Positions 29,340 through 44,136 of a stretch of 64,000 nucleotides of DNA are shown piece by piece (the first letter of the stretch is position 1; the number at the start of each line of letters is the position of its first letter). The notes beneath the pieces are model-generated. The model was given only the letters and a program-made list of their open reading frames with translations. It ran no database searches and had not been told where the DNA came from. The stretch covers positions 30,194,001 to 30,258,000 of the forward strand of contig OZ024754.1 in NCBI GenBank assembly GCA_964016885.1. Direction: 5' to 3'. Source of the stretch: Eledone cirrhosa (taxonomy: Eukaryota). The translations under genes and the position numbers were made by a program.

Positions 29340-30441
29340 CATGGTGCCTGCAAAGCTTACACCAGGTTCAGCAGAAAAATGGCATTAAAATAATTGCGAC
29401 TACAGAATTTGAGTGAAAATAGTAAGTCATAGCTAAAATATCACTACTCTCTTCAAATTAACATTGTATGTATTCCAAATAGAATTTATGAGCAATACAT
29501 GGAACTTGCCCAGTCTTGTCTCAGACCACAAGGATTAAGCCAGTAGACAAAATATTTAAAACAAATATATTTTATCACTGCTAGTCAAAATAATTTGTAG
29601 GCGTATTTATTAGGCTATTTTGTATACTGTATGTTATGGTCAATGAATAAATTACCAGTCCAAGGAGGTGGACTGGCAGAATTGTTTGAAAATCAGATGG
29701 GATACCTTGTGGTATTTGTTCCAAATGTGTTGACAGTCGATCGACAAGATCCAAGAACTCATTCGCTTAAGTGGGATAGAGATCGTCAAATCGGACCATG
29801 GAAACAATGTTTCTGTTGGTCTTTTCAGTTGCTAATACTATCTGCCAGTAGCAAGTCCAGTAAAGGGCCTTGCTCAAGGACCGGGAATTGAAATTACAAC
29901 CTCACAATTCTCTAACCACTCAGCCACGCACCTTCACTCCAAATGTATGTTCACTTTAAATTCTGCCTGTCACCAGAAAAAAATCGTGGCCATGTTAGGT
30001 CAGAGCCCCATCATTAAAAACGCCCCTTGATAAAGATGGAAAATACAAAAATATTTGGGATCATTAAAAGTTGCTAAAGTAACATATTGTCCTCATATTA
30101 CTTCACCGTTCTTTATCCTATTTATTATCTTGGCATTGTTACCAAACATGAATTGTCAGGCTTTCAAATAAAACTTGTTTCTTATAATTGTACCTCCTAC
30201 CATTAAAACACCCTTGAGAACTATGTAACCCTACACAAGGACAGCTAATCAATAGTTTAAGACATGAAATTATCACAGCAACAATTCTAAAAAGCTGAAA
30301 TAAAGTATTTCAATTAAGACAAAATTGAGGACAAAAATAGCCAAAAATTAAAAAAAAAATTATAAACCAATTTTGATTAGTGAAGAGGTGAATGATGGAT
30401 GAATTAAGTGAAAAAACAAACATTAAATATCAGCCAAAATC

Positions 30442-30447
30442 TTTATT
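30442..30447 (-). terminator. Candidate polyadenylation signal for the proximal-exon isoform (~2 kb 3'UTR)
   Basis: AATAAA followed ~20 nt later by a GU/U-rich element (TGTTTGTTTTTT). Alternative AATAAA hexamers at 30541, 31784 and 31890. Confidence 0.45.
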
Positions 30448-32439
30448 TGGAGCACATGATACAGGAATTCTTAGAATCTTATCTACATTATAAGAATATA
30501 ATAAACATGAAAATAACAGATGGGAATGTGTCGCACAAGTTTTATTATTTCAATGCTGGAATATGAAACTAATCAAACATTTGGCCATTTAACTAACACT
30601 ATCACAGTAATAACATGCAACATTCTAGATATTTCTTTAAGTTAACCTAAATTTAAATAAAATAATGAATTAACTCTATGTCCTGTACCACATGAAACAG
30701 CATTAGCAATATATTAAGTACAAAACAGCAATGACTGCATCACATTACAAATTTATGTTACTCTATCGCAATTCTTCACAATGATCTGTCCACTAGAAAA
30801 GATACTATAAAGATTTGAATTTACAAACCCTTCTAGATATTTTCAGCTTAATAACTAGACTTAAAAATTAAGGAACCAACCTGCCGTTAATACGGATACG
30901 TTTGAGATTAAACCTAAAATAGGCCATTTATTAGTGTTAACTTCTAACTTTAATGCAAGAGTTATCCAGACAAAAGTTTATAAGAAACTTAAATAGTTGC
31001 CGTTTTATTTATATATATATATATACATACACACACACAAAGTGGCATCTAAAGTACTAAGCATAGTAAGCAGTACACCCCACCCAACAAAAAATACTAT
31101 ATATATACTATCAATCATTTCAAGAATTCGTAACACCACGACTGGCATACATAGAAGGAAGACAGAATCATGAACTTCATTCTAAAATTCTGCAGAATAT
31201 TACAATCCAAAAAGTACCATTACCAGCAGCTATATTAGATAAAGACTGGCTTCTCTTTAATTGGCGCTAAGTAGAAAATCTTATATAATTTCATAAAGTA
31301 CTAAACGCATTTCTGTCGAAAGAACTGTCCAATATATATTGCAGAAGGAACAGCATGACTAATTACCAACTACGTATTGCAAGAGCATTATTACTAATAT
31401 AAATATATATACACACACATTTATGCAAATTATACACGAGTATGTATGTATTTATATATGTATTGTATTATGACCAATGTTTCAGATTTAAAGCACGAGT
31501 GCATGAGAGTTTTTCAACCAATGTTTAAGGTCTAAATTGCATGTGTGAGTGTGTGTGTGTATATATATATGTATATATATATATATACACACACACATAT
31601 TTATTTCAAGTTAAATCACAGTTAAAAACTGTTTTCAGCTCCCCAACCAGCCATAATTAGCCAATGAAAGAGTTAAAGAGCAAATCTAGAGAAAAAAAAA
31701 ACATTTAAAAAAATGCCCAATTCTATCACAACTTAGAACTGATTCATTATTATTATATATATATATATATATATATATATTAGTTTATTCAACAGTCGAA
31801 AACGTCAATTTTTTCCCCACAGAAATCAAGCAATGCGGCAAAGACCAGTGTGTATGTTATTTCATGTTATATAAAAAGGTTATACAAAGTTTATTTAATC
31901 ATTTTATCCAGCAGAATTTCTCAATGCCTGATCATAACGTTCCAACCTTAGCACTATTATAATTATTATAATGTTTAAACAAAGCTGAAAAATATAGTAC
32001 CAGCAATACATATATATATATATTGAAATATGTTCAGTTTGAGCTCTGCTGCTCACTTTTCCTCAGATTAAAAACAAGACAAAATGCAACCAAATAATGG
32101 TTGTTCCAATTTAATTCACCATAATAAAATGAGGGCTGGTAGTTTTTTTAGTTTTTTTTTTTTTAAGTAGCCAATTTATATAGCAACATGTTTTTAGTTT
32201 AACGAGAGGAGTAAATGGAACAGTTGCAGTTATGGAAAGCCATCTTTCAATAGGTAGAAAAATCTGCAAATGTCTTATTGGCCAGAATCTCAAGTCATTG
32301 CAGTTATGAAGAAACCATTTCTCGGGGACACAGTTGGACAATATTATTTCAATGAACAACTGTGAAAATGCCAAGAGAAACATAGAAACAGAATATATCA
32401 TCATCTTTCAGCACGGACTATAAAAATATGACCACCTTT

Positions 32440-32862
32440 TCAAAATAAGATACATCTTCCTCGTTTCTTCTTTTTCACTTGTAAAGCTGCTTTAGTTGCC
32501 GTTTCAAACACCTCTCTAACCCCCTCTTTAGTCTTCGCTGAACATTCTAAATATGAGAAAGCACCAATTTTTTCAGACATTGCTTTGCCATCATCAGCTT
32601 TGACCGGTTCCTGTTTCATCTTAGCCAATTCCCGTCTTGTAGTATCATCGTTGCGCAGATCTTTCTTGTTTCCGACTAAAATAATGGGAACATTGGGACA
32701 AAAATGCTTCACTTCTGGTGTCCACTTCTCTGGAATATTCTCTAAGCTGTCAGGACTATCAATAGAGAAACACATTAATATAACATCTGTATCGGGGTAG
32801 GAGAGAGGTCGTAATCTATCATAATCTTCTTGACCTGCAGTATCCCATAAAGCCAATTCCAC
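32440..32862 (-). CDS. RhoA: RhoA proximal alternative terminal exon (aa 53-192, ends [11 protein letters not shown])
   Basis: Acceptor (T)n AATTTCAG|GTG in phase 0. Open frame [19 protein letters not shown]...GNKKD...ECSAK...CILF-stop with intact G3/G4/G5 motifs and CaaX box. Confidence 0.95.
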   Translation of the reverse strand: MELALWDTAGQEDYDRLRPLSYPDTDVILMCFSIDSPDSLENIPEKWTPEVKHFCPNVPIILVGNKKDLRNDDTTRRELAKMKQEPVKADDGKAMSEKIGAFSYLECSAKTKEGVREVFETATKAALQVKKKKRGRCILF

Positions 32863-33128
32863 CTGAAATTAAAAAAAAAAAAATAAATAAATAAATAAAG
32901 TTTATTTTATTTTTCAAAATACAGGCATTAAAATTTCACAATACTTTGTTAGTTAATAGCAAAACATTGAAAACATGTTAGTTAACAAATCCAGTGCCAC
33001 ACTGATACGTAATTTTATAAATATTGAGATTTCATCAATAAGCATCTATTTAAGATCAGCTTTACTATATTGCAGGCAAAGTTAAAGCAGTAAAAGAATT
33101 TAATAAACTGATAACTTATTGACAATTG

Positions 33129-33191
<63 letters not shown>

Positions 33192-36100
33192 GTTACAACA
33201 ATGACATATCCAGGTACTTAAGTTTCATTGGGTTATACACTCCAACTCATTCAGCATGTTATATATATATATATTATATATATTATTGATGATGATGATG
33301 ATGATAATGATAATGGGTTGCTCTGATAGTAATCTTTAATACCAGTGACCATGGAAGGAGCAGCTGAAAATATTCCCTTTTGATAGCAACATAGAAATTA
33401 GATTATATTTCAATCAATCTAGGGGAGTGATGTAAAATGAGGAGTCAAATCTCCAATTAAATATATTTAAATTACTTTAATTTTTTTATTTTTACAAAAT
33501 TGGTAAAGTGTTTCAGTCTCGAGGGGTTTCATCACACCAAAGCTAACCCAAGTTTTATTGGTGTAAAAACCAGAGACTAGATGGCTCCCCACTAAGCTGC
33601 AGATGGCACTCATTTTCCCCAGCTGAGTTAACTGGAGCAATGTGAAATAAAGCGTCTTGCTTAATGGACACAATGTGCTGCCTTGCTCCGTCCAAAAATC
33701 AAACTCTTACAACCAAGAGTCCGACACTAAGCTACAGGCTTTCACAATAATGCACCATTCCTTTACAAATTTAATAAAATCAAAAATATAAAATTTGCAA
33801 TTAGCTAACATTTTGAATTGAAAATTACCATTATCAGCTATGAACACCTTTCCATAGCCAACAGAATACAGGGAAAGTCAGTAAAAATTATACTTAATAT
33901 TTCTAAATGTTTACTTCAAGAATTGATGAACAAATTGAATCAACATAAGATAAAGAGGAGACAGGTCCTGTCAAGGACCCGATTACCTCTAGTGTTGGCA
34001 ACAAATGTACTCAGTACACACTAGGAAATTGGCTAGCATTAGGACGGGTGTCTACCCATAGAAACCATGCCAATTTCCTAGATCATTTTTCTGTGACTTA
34101 GGTAAACAGAAATATGTAGTGCTGATTATTAAAACTAATAAAACACTTCAATACAAAGATTTGACAAATGTTTTACAATTTTGTATTTAAAATGAAAACA
34201 AAAAACTTTCAGTTACAATATTTTTATATTAAAAAAACATTTTAGAGGAAAAAAAAAAGATTTTAAATATCAAAACAATTCAGAAAGTTTTAATTTATAT
34301 TAAACAAACCAATTCAACACAGGGTAGAGAGGACCCTGTCATCTTGAGTAAATGACAACCTCTTACATTGGTACCATGATGGAATGCACCCAAATATAGG
34401 GAGAAGACTTCAATCTGACAGAATGCGACTTCTAACACTGGTGCCACAAAAGACATCCAGTAGATACCATGCCAAAATATAGAACATGAGCAGGATATGG
34501 TTATATGGCCATGTTTTGTCACAGATCATGACAACCTGTCCAAACATGCCAATTTAGAAAAAAAAAAAAAAAGACAAAATGGTGAATCCAATTTAAAAAG
34601 TTATATGCCTAGACAAATCCACTAGAGACAACTTGATAAAAGAAATTTTTAGAATATTAAATATCAAAATATAGAATTAAGTTGATATATAAGTTCTGAC
34701 GACCATTATTTTACCGGGGTCTTGGAACGAAAATCCAATTTTGTAATCAACTTTTAGAAAAACACAAGACAAAAAGGTTTATAGAAATATCTAGAATTAT
34801 ATTTCCAATCCATGACAATTCAGTTCTCTGAATCTAAAAACATTTCTAATAAAAACATCCAAATCTTGAATTAACGTACGTACAAATATACCACAGACAT
34901 GTCTACTATTAATGTAATTCTCAAACCAAATCAGTGCGCCGTGACAAGACTGGACTTTACAGGTATAATCCATACAGTTCATACCTAATTTCACTCACAA
35001 GGCTTGGGTCAATCCAAGACCTCATTTTGAAACGGAGTTACTATGTCAAACCAGTAAAAATAATACATACTTAACAGCAGAATATTCTTTTAACATATCT
35101 AACAGTTGTAAAATAGCATATTTACGATAACTGCATATCAGATAAGAACTGCTTACTACAGCCATTTACATATCTTCATAAATATGTAGGAACCTAAAAA
35201 ATGGGTTGATATTGACAAATTGACCTTTAATTTGTCAAAGACAATGATAGACCAGATTCTAAGAAAGAAGATTAACAATTTTAAATATTAGAATATACTA
35301 TTACAAATCACACCTATGTTGATTTAGCTGACCTGCATCACAGGTTTGAGTTTTAACAATAGGAACAGCAGCAACAGAAATTAAGCATCTTGTGTGCCTT
35401 TAATTTAAATTCTGCACCTTATCAGTTCAGCCATAATCCATAAAATTGTTATAAGCCATTTTAAAAGTTCTGAGATTGGGTATTTACATGTATTTCAAAT
35501 ATAAAGAGAGCACATGTATTTATGAAGATAAAGAAACCTCTATTGAGGGAAGGCTGCCAGAAAGTTACAATTTGTTGAAGGAAAACTACAGCTCTATTGA
35601 GTACAAATATTTTATAGATTCTAATATTTGAACAATGGCAAATGGGTAGAAAGAAGCATTAGAGAAACTTCTTATACTACCAGGGTAAATTGTGCCTTTC
35701 ATCCTTCCAGTATCAAATTACCTGTCCAGGGCAGTGGGCTGGCAAATTTGTTAGAACTGTTCTGGCTCAAATCCAGAGAGGTTGACTAAATTCATCAATT
35801 GGTTTAACACCACCACCTGGTCCTTAGGTACTTTTTGCAACATCCAGATGATTGGTGGGTGGTGAGAAAGATTACCTTCTTTCTCACCACCCACCAATCA
35901 GAGTACCATAATAAATGAAGTACATTTTAATACTATTATTTCAACTTAAAAAGATTCAAATAGACTTTAGAATAGTACAATATGAGCTACATATTAAAAA
36001 TTAAATTCTCTGAAGGAACAGTGCTTAAGGCACAGAACAGTAGATAAAAACTCACTACACAATAGAACTAGACAAAATCTCAAGTCCCAAGACAGATCTC

Positions 36101-39100
36101 TGAAAGCCAAGCGGACTAAGCTAAAACATATGCAATGAATTGAAATTCAACCAATAAGTCGAGTCAAATAATCTAGTATGTACTGGATACACTCATAAGC
36201 TGAGAACTATGACAAAGAAAGAAAATAGTAAAATGGATAGCGAAGAAAGTGCTGAAAAGAGCCAATCCACCTTGTGGGACCATCTCCATCCTAATCACAG
36301 TTAGTAGGGAAGTGCTCAGGATACCAAATGTTTCCACTACTATAAATTTAGCTATGAACTTATCAAGAGGGAATGGTACATACATAGGTATGCAATTTTC
36401 AGCTTGACCTTCAATGGAGCCTAGGTCTAACTAATCTCAACAGGTTGTTAGGGAAAGTATCACAGGTTGGATCTCTGATGACAGGATTATCTTGTATTGG
36501 AAAGATTATGTTGTCTGACCAACAAGACTGATATGGAAAATGAGCTTTATAGTCTAAAAAGACCATATATCAAACTGCTAAGGAGGATTATAATTTTAAA
36601 TACATTTATGTACTGGACAATTTATAAATTGTAAAACTGATTCATGGTAGTTGAAAAACTATTAAAATTTACTTTACATCAATATTTAACTTTTCAAATT
36701 CAGTTCTTTTGCCCTATAAATTATTTATATTTTTTAAATCATGTGAAAAGCGATACAATAACCCTGTATATTGTAAGTAATTAATAGAGCATCCAGCCAT
36801 GATGTGAGCCCATCATGGAGCCTGCAAGGTTAATCCTTGCTTGTTGCTACATATGAAAATTGAAACCATATTCCAAATGAAGTTCTTTAAAAAAGTGATT
36901 ATGGTGCAATATCTAATCCTAAGTAACATGGGTTTGTGTTTTTTTTTTTTTATTATTTAAAACATCTAAAATCCCCTTCCAATGAAAGGATAAATCAGGA
37001 TCAAATGGGGAAACTATGTTACTATAAAATACTGATTAGTGAAATTGGAATCCATATAACTAGTTAATAGGTTAATTCATAATATTCAAAAATAATCTAC
37101 CTTGTTTCTTCTAGAACAGCCAGGGCATACCTGAGATATACGATGAGGTGATGTTTATTAGAACACTATTTAGCTAGTCATAGAAATATCCAGAAAATCT
37201 TAATATTTCACTGGTTAAATAAGGACTAAACCAAGGGTTTACAAATTAAACTTTCCCTTAGCTTGCACCAATATAAGTTTAGCTGGCCTTCTATGGGGTG
37301 GCATCACATAGGGTTTGCAGTGTTTTAAAGATAGGGACAATCCTATCAAGAGTGCCTTGCTCAACACCACACCTGATCGAAAAATCAGACCTACAACTTC
37401 AAGATCATGAGTCAAACAACCTAACCACTAGGTCTCTTGCCTTTTCATAGCTGCAGTTGAACACTTCCTTACGAAATCCAGAGATTTCTATAAATATCCT
37501 TTCAAAACTTACTCTAAACTATACTTCATCTAAATCACTGATAAAGGAACTAATATACAAAATTTAAAAAAAAGCCTTAAACTACTTCATATAAAACTAC
37601 CTGAAACTATCCATGGATATACAATTCAGAGCCGATTGGTTTAAACCGTTTTTATTTATAAACTTTCCAGCATATTTTTGTTGGAACCCTTATGTACCAA
37701 CCAAAAAAGTTCTGTCCAAATTCTTGATTTTCTAAATCATTTGGAAATCTTTTATTAGAAATCAATTTTATAGAGCCTTTAAGTTATGTATCAAAGATCA
37801 GCTCAAGTTATATTGCAAAATCTACCTAAATTCTTAGTTACTTGAAAATCATAGGCAATGTTTTCCATTAGAAATATGGTAATGAAAGGATTAAAATACT
37901 GAAAATGAGCTTGAATTTAAACTGACTTTCATAATTTATAACATTATTGAAATAGTAAACATCAAATTTTAGATCAAATTTCAGTTCCAGCCTTGTAGCA
38001 CTGGATTTTTGAATAGATTCATAACTGCAAACATTTCATTGATTTGTAACATCAATAAAACAAAGTAACAAAACCATGCTAGCAATTTCTATAAACATGC
38101 AACAGTTTTTGTTTTTTTTTTAGTAGTGATTGGATAATCAACCAATCGTGCAAATATGAAACAAAAATTTATACTTCACAAAAGACTTGAGATGAGGCAC
38201 AACGTATTAGACAAGAAAACTCAAATTCATTTTAAATAAACCAAAATTGAAACGTGGTGAAACAAAAAAGTGTGAATATAAATAAACGTTTATAAGTGAT
38301 AAATATATCCGCTACTACAAATTATACTGTAGAGAATACCAGGGAGAAATATTTGATATTGATTTAATCAATGTCATTTTCTCAACCTATTAGTATACTA
38401 CAAACCTATTAGTATACTACAATAAGTTATGTTATGACCATGAAATATCTAAGAATCATTACATTAAGTTTCAGATATACCTAAAACTTCAGGATCATTA
38501 AAAAAAAAAAAAAAAACCTGCCATGTTTTTGCTGCAAGTTTACCTGGCCTGCTACAGAATATCTGATTCGAGTGTTTTAATGATAGAGGCATTATGTTAC
38601 AGTTCATAGCTATGTAGGTTTAGCTGACCTCCGAGGTTATATGTTGTAGGTCCCTTTAATGAAAAACATGAAATGAAGCATCTTGCTCAAGAACAATGCT
38701 CCAAGTCTGGGAATCAAACCCACAACATGATTGTGAAACCAACCTAACCACTAGGCCATGTGCCATGCTGTGTGTAATATTTAGATATTGTCATAGTGTT
38801 CAGTTTTTAAAGTAATAGATATGGCAAAATTAAGTAAATTATAACCTAGACCCGTGTACGATATATTTATCTACAATGATTGTAGTTTCATGAATGTATT
38901 AAGATGTCACTAGTTACCTCAACCCTTGAAAGAGCACTAAATACATGTACTTGAAATCAATATCATCAGGATACTGAGGGTAGTTGTCATAGTTTAAAAT
39001 ACATGATTGTTTAGTCTGAACTATGTTAGTGCTATCACTAAATTTAGCATTGCTTATCTAAAAAGGATTGACCAATGATAAAATTGACAGCAAATAATAT

Positions 39101-40976
39101 TATAGAGGTGAACTATAGACAATATTTGTGAAAGTTTTAATGGATTTACATAAGATTTTAAAGTGGCTATGACTCATTATTTTGATAAAAATACTGAATA
39201 AGCCAACTATGTGGTTATAAAAATATTAACTGATTTACAAACACAAACATGTAATTCCAACAAAACCAACTTTAGTATCAAACTGTCAAATTATGTTAAT
39301 TGAATTCAAAATATCAAAATTAAACAAAAGAGGGTCTGAATTAATGTAGTTTGTAAATTTAAAAGAGCTTGTGTGATTAGGTGACAACATTACTAACATT
39401 TAGTAGTTTTTATCAATGATAATATTAGGCTGACAAACCATCAGTTTCCTCAGAACGGTGTTAATGTATCAACTTATGTGGTTATTCTTTTACTTGATCC
39501 AGTCCATGCAGGGACAGACTGCAAAGGTTTAGGAAATGACTTGTATACAAGGCATACCTCATTACTTTCAAATATAAAAACAGATTCATTAACTACTTAA
39601 GAACGAAGTCGTATTTCACGTTACAAGTGTCACCAGTCCCATATTTCAAAATCAAACGCTATAAAATATTCACTAAGGGAGAAAGACTGACACACCACAG
39701 TAGTAAGCCAGTTATATCTGCTCCACAGTACATCTAACCTAAAGGTGTCAGGTACTCTATAATCTACTGATACCAGCTACATCTGCTTCAAAAAGTTACA
39801 ATATCACCAACTGTCTAAAATTTAATCTAAGTGTGTATTACAAATGTATCCTATTATTACTGAGATGGTAGTCATGCAACAAGGTCTGATTGACTAAGTC
39901 CAGCCTATGAAGAATGTATGTATGGACCCTAACTATTGAGGGAGTCGTAGGGGTGCCATATTGACCTAGGGCATTTTTTATACTTGGCAGAGCCCATCTC
40001 CTCCCCAGGTCTGAATACAGCAGATTTCTTCCAGAGAAGGAGAGAGAGTTAGAGTGAGAAAGGAAATGAGAAAAAGATATAGAAGAATCGACTGCAGTAC
40101 TAGACAGGTGTTTCTTTTTCAACCTTAAATGGATGAAAGGCAAAGTTGACCTCGGCAGGATTTTAACTCAGAATACTGAAAAGCATTCTATCCAACGTTT
40201 TAACAACTGCCAATTCACTACTTCCATATAAAGAATAGTTCAGTAGAAAAAGCAGAAAAAAAAAGGTCATGATGGAATGGACCCGTAAAGTCTTCATGAC
40301 AACCTAAGTCTTGGCTTGCAGCAGAGAGAGAATGGATGTGGTAAACTGCTCTCTACTGCAATACCCTCACGAGCCTAGAAGTAAAGACATTTACAACCCA
40401 AGTCCTTGCTTGCAAAGATATGTGGAGTCAAGTGGTACACTGCTTGACTCTGCAGTGTCACAGGATCAGTAATAGTAACACTGTATCAAATATGTTAAGG
40501 AAGGAAAAAGTTAACCTAGATACAACTTGTACAGAATTAAAACTATTTTTGCTTAATGTTATCTTGCCAACTTGAAATATATATTTTTCAACAAGCTTCA
40601 CTCAGTTCCATTAAAAAAAAATTTTCACTGAGAAGACTGGAAGAATATGCCCAAGAAACCACACCTTAACCAGTCAAAATTAAAACATCTTCAGTGATGA
40701 TTATATATACATCTGCTTCAATAACCAGGCGTAATTTGATCTTTCCACTCATTAACAGCAGTACCTAAATTTGACACACATGCACCTACTTTTCAATTCT
40801 AACCTTCCTTGACCCCCAAAACCTACAATAAAATCTATGAACCATCCCAGAAAAATCAATGAAAATAACTACCTATTCATTTTCTCTAGAGGTATCAAGT
40901 TCACAATTGAAATTCAATCTGAACCATGTTTCCCTGATATTATACACTGCTTGAGAGCCCAAACTATACCACCTCA

Positions 40977-41108
40977 CTGCTTGAAAGCCCAAACTTGACT
41001 GCTTGAAAGCCCAAACTTGACTGCTTGAAAGCCCAAACTTGACTGCTTGAAAGCCCAAACTTGACTGCTTGAAAGCCCAAACTTGACTGCTTGAAAGCCC
41101 AAACTTGA
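40977..41108. repeat. 22-bp minisatellite x6 in the RhoA intron
   Basis: Six identical CTGCTTGAAAGCCCAAACTTGA units with degenerate flanking copies. Confidence 0.95.
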
Positions 41109-43908
41109 CTGTTTAAAACCCACATTAAATAAACTTTTCATTTCAATTAAAATACAAAAAAAAAAAAAAAAGTGTCCAAAACTTGAACCACTTGCATTTC
41201 AAACTTAATACCTCAATTGCTGTTTTAAGACACCCTTTGGAAATTTCTTCAAACATCTTAAAACCCAGAAAGTAAACCCTATTTATATCAAACCAGGCTT
41301 TGGTTGGTACAAGACTATTTTAAAGTGTTTGTTTAACTAAAAACTTTCCATCATAATTCAATATAAAATCCATTCAAGTTATATTTCAAACACCAGCTTA
41401 ATGGGGAAAGTATTACTAAATCCCTCAATTCTTATTTTAAAAATAGTTATTAGAAATATGGTAATGAAGGCATTAATATCACCAATAAAGTTATTTTAGG
41501 AAATCCTTTCAAATCGTTCGGAAAATTGAAACAATTACTAGAAAATTGTTTAAAAATGAAAGAAATGCAGCTGAAGCAGTTGAAAGAAGCAATAACCGTA
41601 ATGACAAAGTATTTCAAATACTAGCAAATAAATCAGGTGGCAGAGAAGGACACCATCCTTAGAAATGAAGCTTTTTTTTTAAAAATTAACTTTAGAAAGC
41701 ATTTAAAGCAACCGATTTTTGTACAAAATGTTAATCCTTTAAATACCAACCCACTATTAAATTGTCCAAGTTTAAAATTCCCTTATTACGTGACAGATTT
41801 CTCTAAAACTCATAATTCTTAATTATTTTGATAATTAAAACAAAGGGGGTATATTATTGTTAGATATATGGCTATAAGCTTAACCCCTACAAGTCTGTTC
41901 ACAATCCATATTAAGGAGTTATAAATTGATCTGAAAAATGTATAGGTTTCTGTCTAGTGACACTTGAATAACTCCTAGCTCACACCCAGATAGGTTTATC
42001 TGGCCTCCTACAAGTATTTAATGACAAGAGACCCAGTTCTATCATCTATGGGTCTGATCAAGAATGACCCACATCTCCCATTCTATGGAATTTACATATT
42101 TTACTGCCATATTGCAGTAATAAAGAAAAAATTTAATATCCTAAAAAATATATTCCAATTTTCTTAGCCAATAACTATATTCAGTTTTATTTTTAAAATA
42201 ACCTTCAATTAATATTTTAATTGTGTATTTGGTTTAGAACAGGTACATCATATCCCTGCATACTATAAAAGCTAACTAAAAGGGTTGGCACCAAATATTG
42301 CTTCAAACAGGGCCCTCATAAGTATGAAGTCTCATGGGACCCTTATGGCTATCCCTTGCTTTAGCAAGAAAGCTAGCTGCAACTGCAACCTTATAAAATT
42401 CTTGAATATCCATAATACAATATTTTTTTTTAGAGAATTCTAAATTAAAAAAGGATTTAGAAACCAAAAAGTTTCATTTCCATTTACCATTTCTTTAATA
42501 CTTTGTGTTTAGTTATAAATATTGAAACATCTAATTTTCTCAGACCAGCAATGTTAAAATTTAGCTAGTAAGAAGGAAAAAAAAAAAAAAAAAGCAAGGC
42601 TAGACTAGCCAAAACGCCACATTTCTCTACTCCACAACTTGGAATAATATAAGCAAGGCAGCATTACAGTGCTTGATATAGGAAACATGCATCACCCCTC
42701 CTTAACCAACTATTTTCAACATCACTAACAAACCTAAAATTCACTCAGCTCTAAAACACAAAATGTCTAAATAATTGCATGCAGCAGTTTAAATTTGTCA
42801 ATGTTTCTTACCTGGACATAACTGTAGCTTCACTTGGTTACCCACAGGTCACCTTAAACTTATTTCATCCCTAAGGTCGATCACGTTTGAAAATTCACCA
42901 CGTTGCAAAGAAGACTTTGCTCAGATAATATTATAAAAAGTGAAATAAAATGGTAAAATAAAATACCAAAATCACAACCGATTTCAAGTGAACCCTTTAG
43001 TCAATACCAGCCTAGGTATTCCTTCATTTTTTTTACCTTAGTGATGTTATATTAAACCATTATGAAAAGAAAATTCAATTTCATATTCCACTAAAATTAT
43101 TTTCAGTGGAGCAGAAAAACTTTCTTTTCAACAGTGAGCCAACACAGGGCACAAACAATAAGATACTCAATTTGTGTGGGGAAAAAAATAAATAAATAAA
43201 TAAATAAATAAACGCATAAAACATTGATTCAAAGTATGTGATGAAACAAAGCCTCAAATGACGATTGCACACATACTGAATGTATGTATAACTATAACAT
43301 CCAGTTATATATTCAGAATGGACAATGAAAACCACAGCACAGATTTCAAACAAATGAAAAAACAAAAAAAAACAAAAAAAAAAAAAAAAAAAACGATTTT
43401 GAAAATGTATGAATCAAATATCTATGTGGAATAGATATTTAAGAAACAAAACTTTGAGAAATGGAAGGGAGAATCCTCCACTTCAAAAGACCAACAGACA
43501 GTTCTTAACCAATTAGTGTGTGTATAATATATATATTATCTATATATAGTTTTAACTTGGAATTGAAATACAAATCCAGGTGTGTCCTAGTATAAGAATA
43601 TGAACAATGGACATTTGAATGGATAAACAACATATACACAGCAAAGACAACAATGAGACCAGAAGAAGCAACAATATGAAAAGATAAAAATACAATGGCA
43701 AGGAAAAAATTTTCACAAACCAATTATAAAACTTCAGGAGGAATAAGTAGCCCTGAACATGCCCCAAACATCATGGTATGGTTAGAGAAAGTACTTCTCA
43801 GCATATCTTTAACTATACCATAATTGATTGGAAGCAGTACCTTTACAAGCCAACAGTATAGTTGGTGTTGTGGTGATGATTGTATGACAATGAAGAGCTG
43901 AAAAACTA

Positions 43909-44136
<228 letters not shown>

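Noticed and set aside
25461-32800. Plus-strand ORFs 25461-25697 and 32585-32800 that resemble each other
   Set aside because: Antisense shadows of the Rho exons.
25337-32862. Two independent Rho genes, or an uncollapsed haplotype
   Set aside because: Neither exon has its own ATG or P-loop exon nearby, flanks are unrelated, and synonymous sites are highly diverged.
40977-41108. CRISPR-like regular repeats (also 61787-61930 and 19975-20290)
   Set aside because: No unique spacers; eukaryotic minisatellites.
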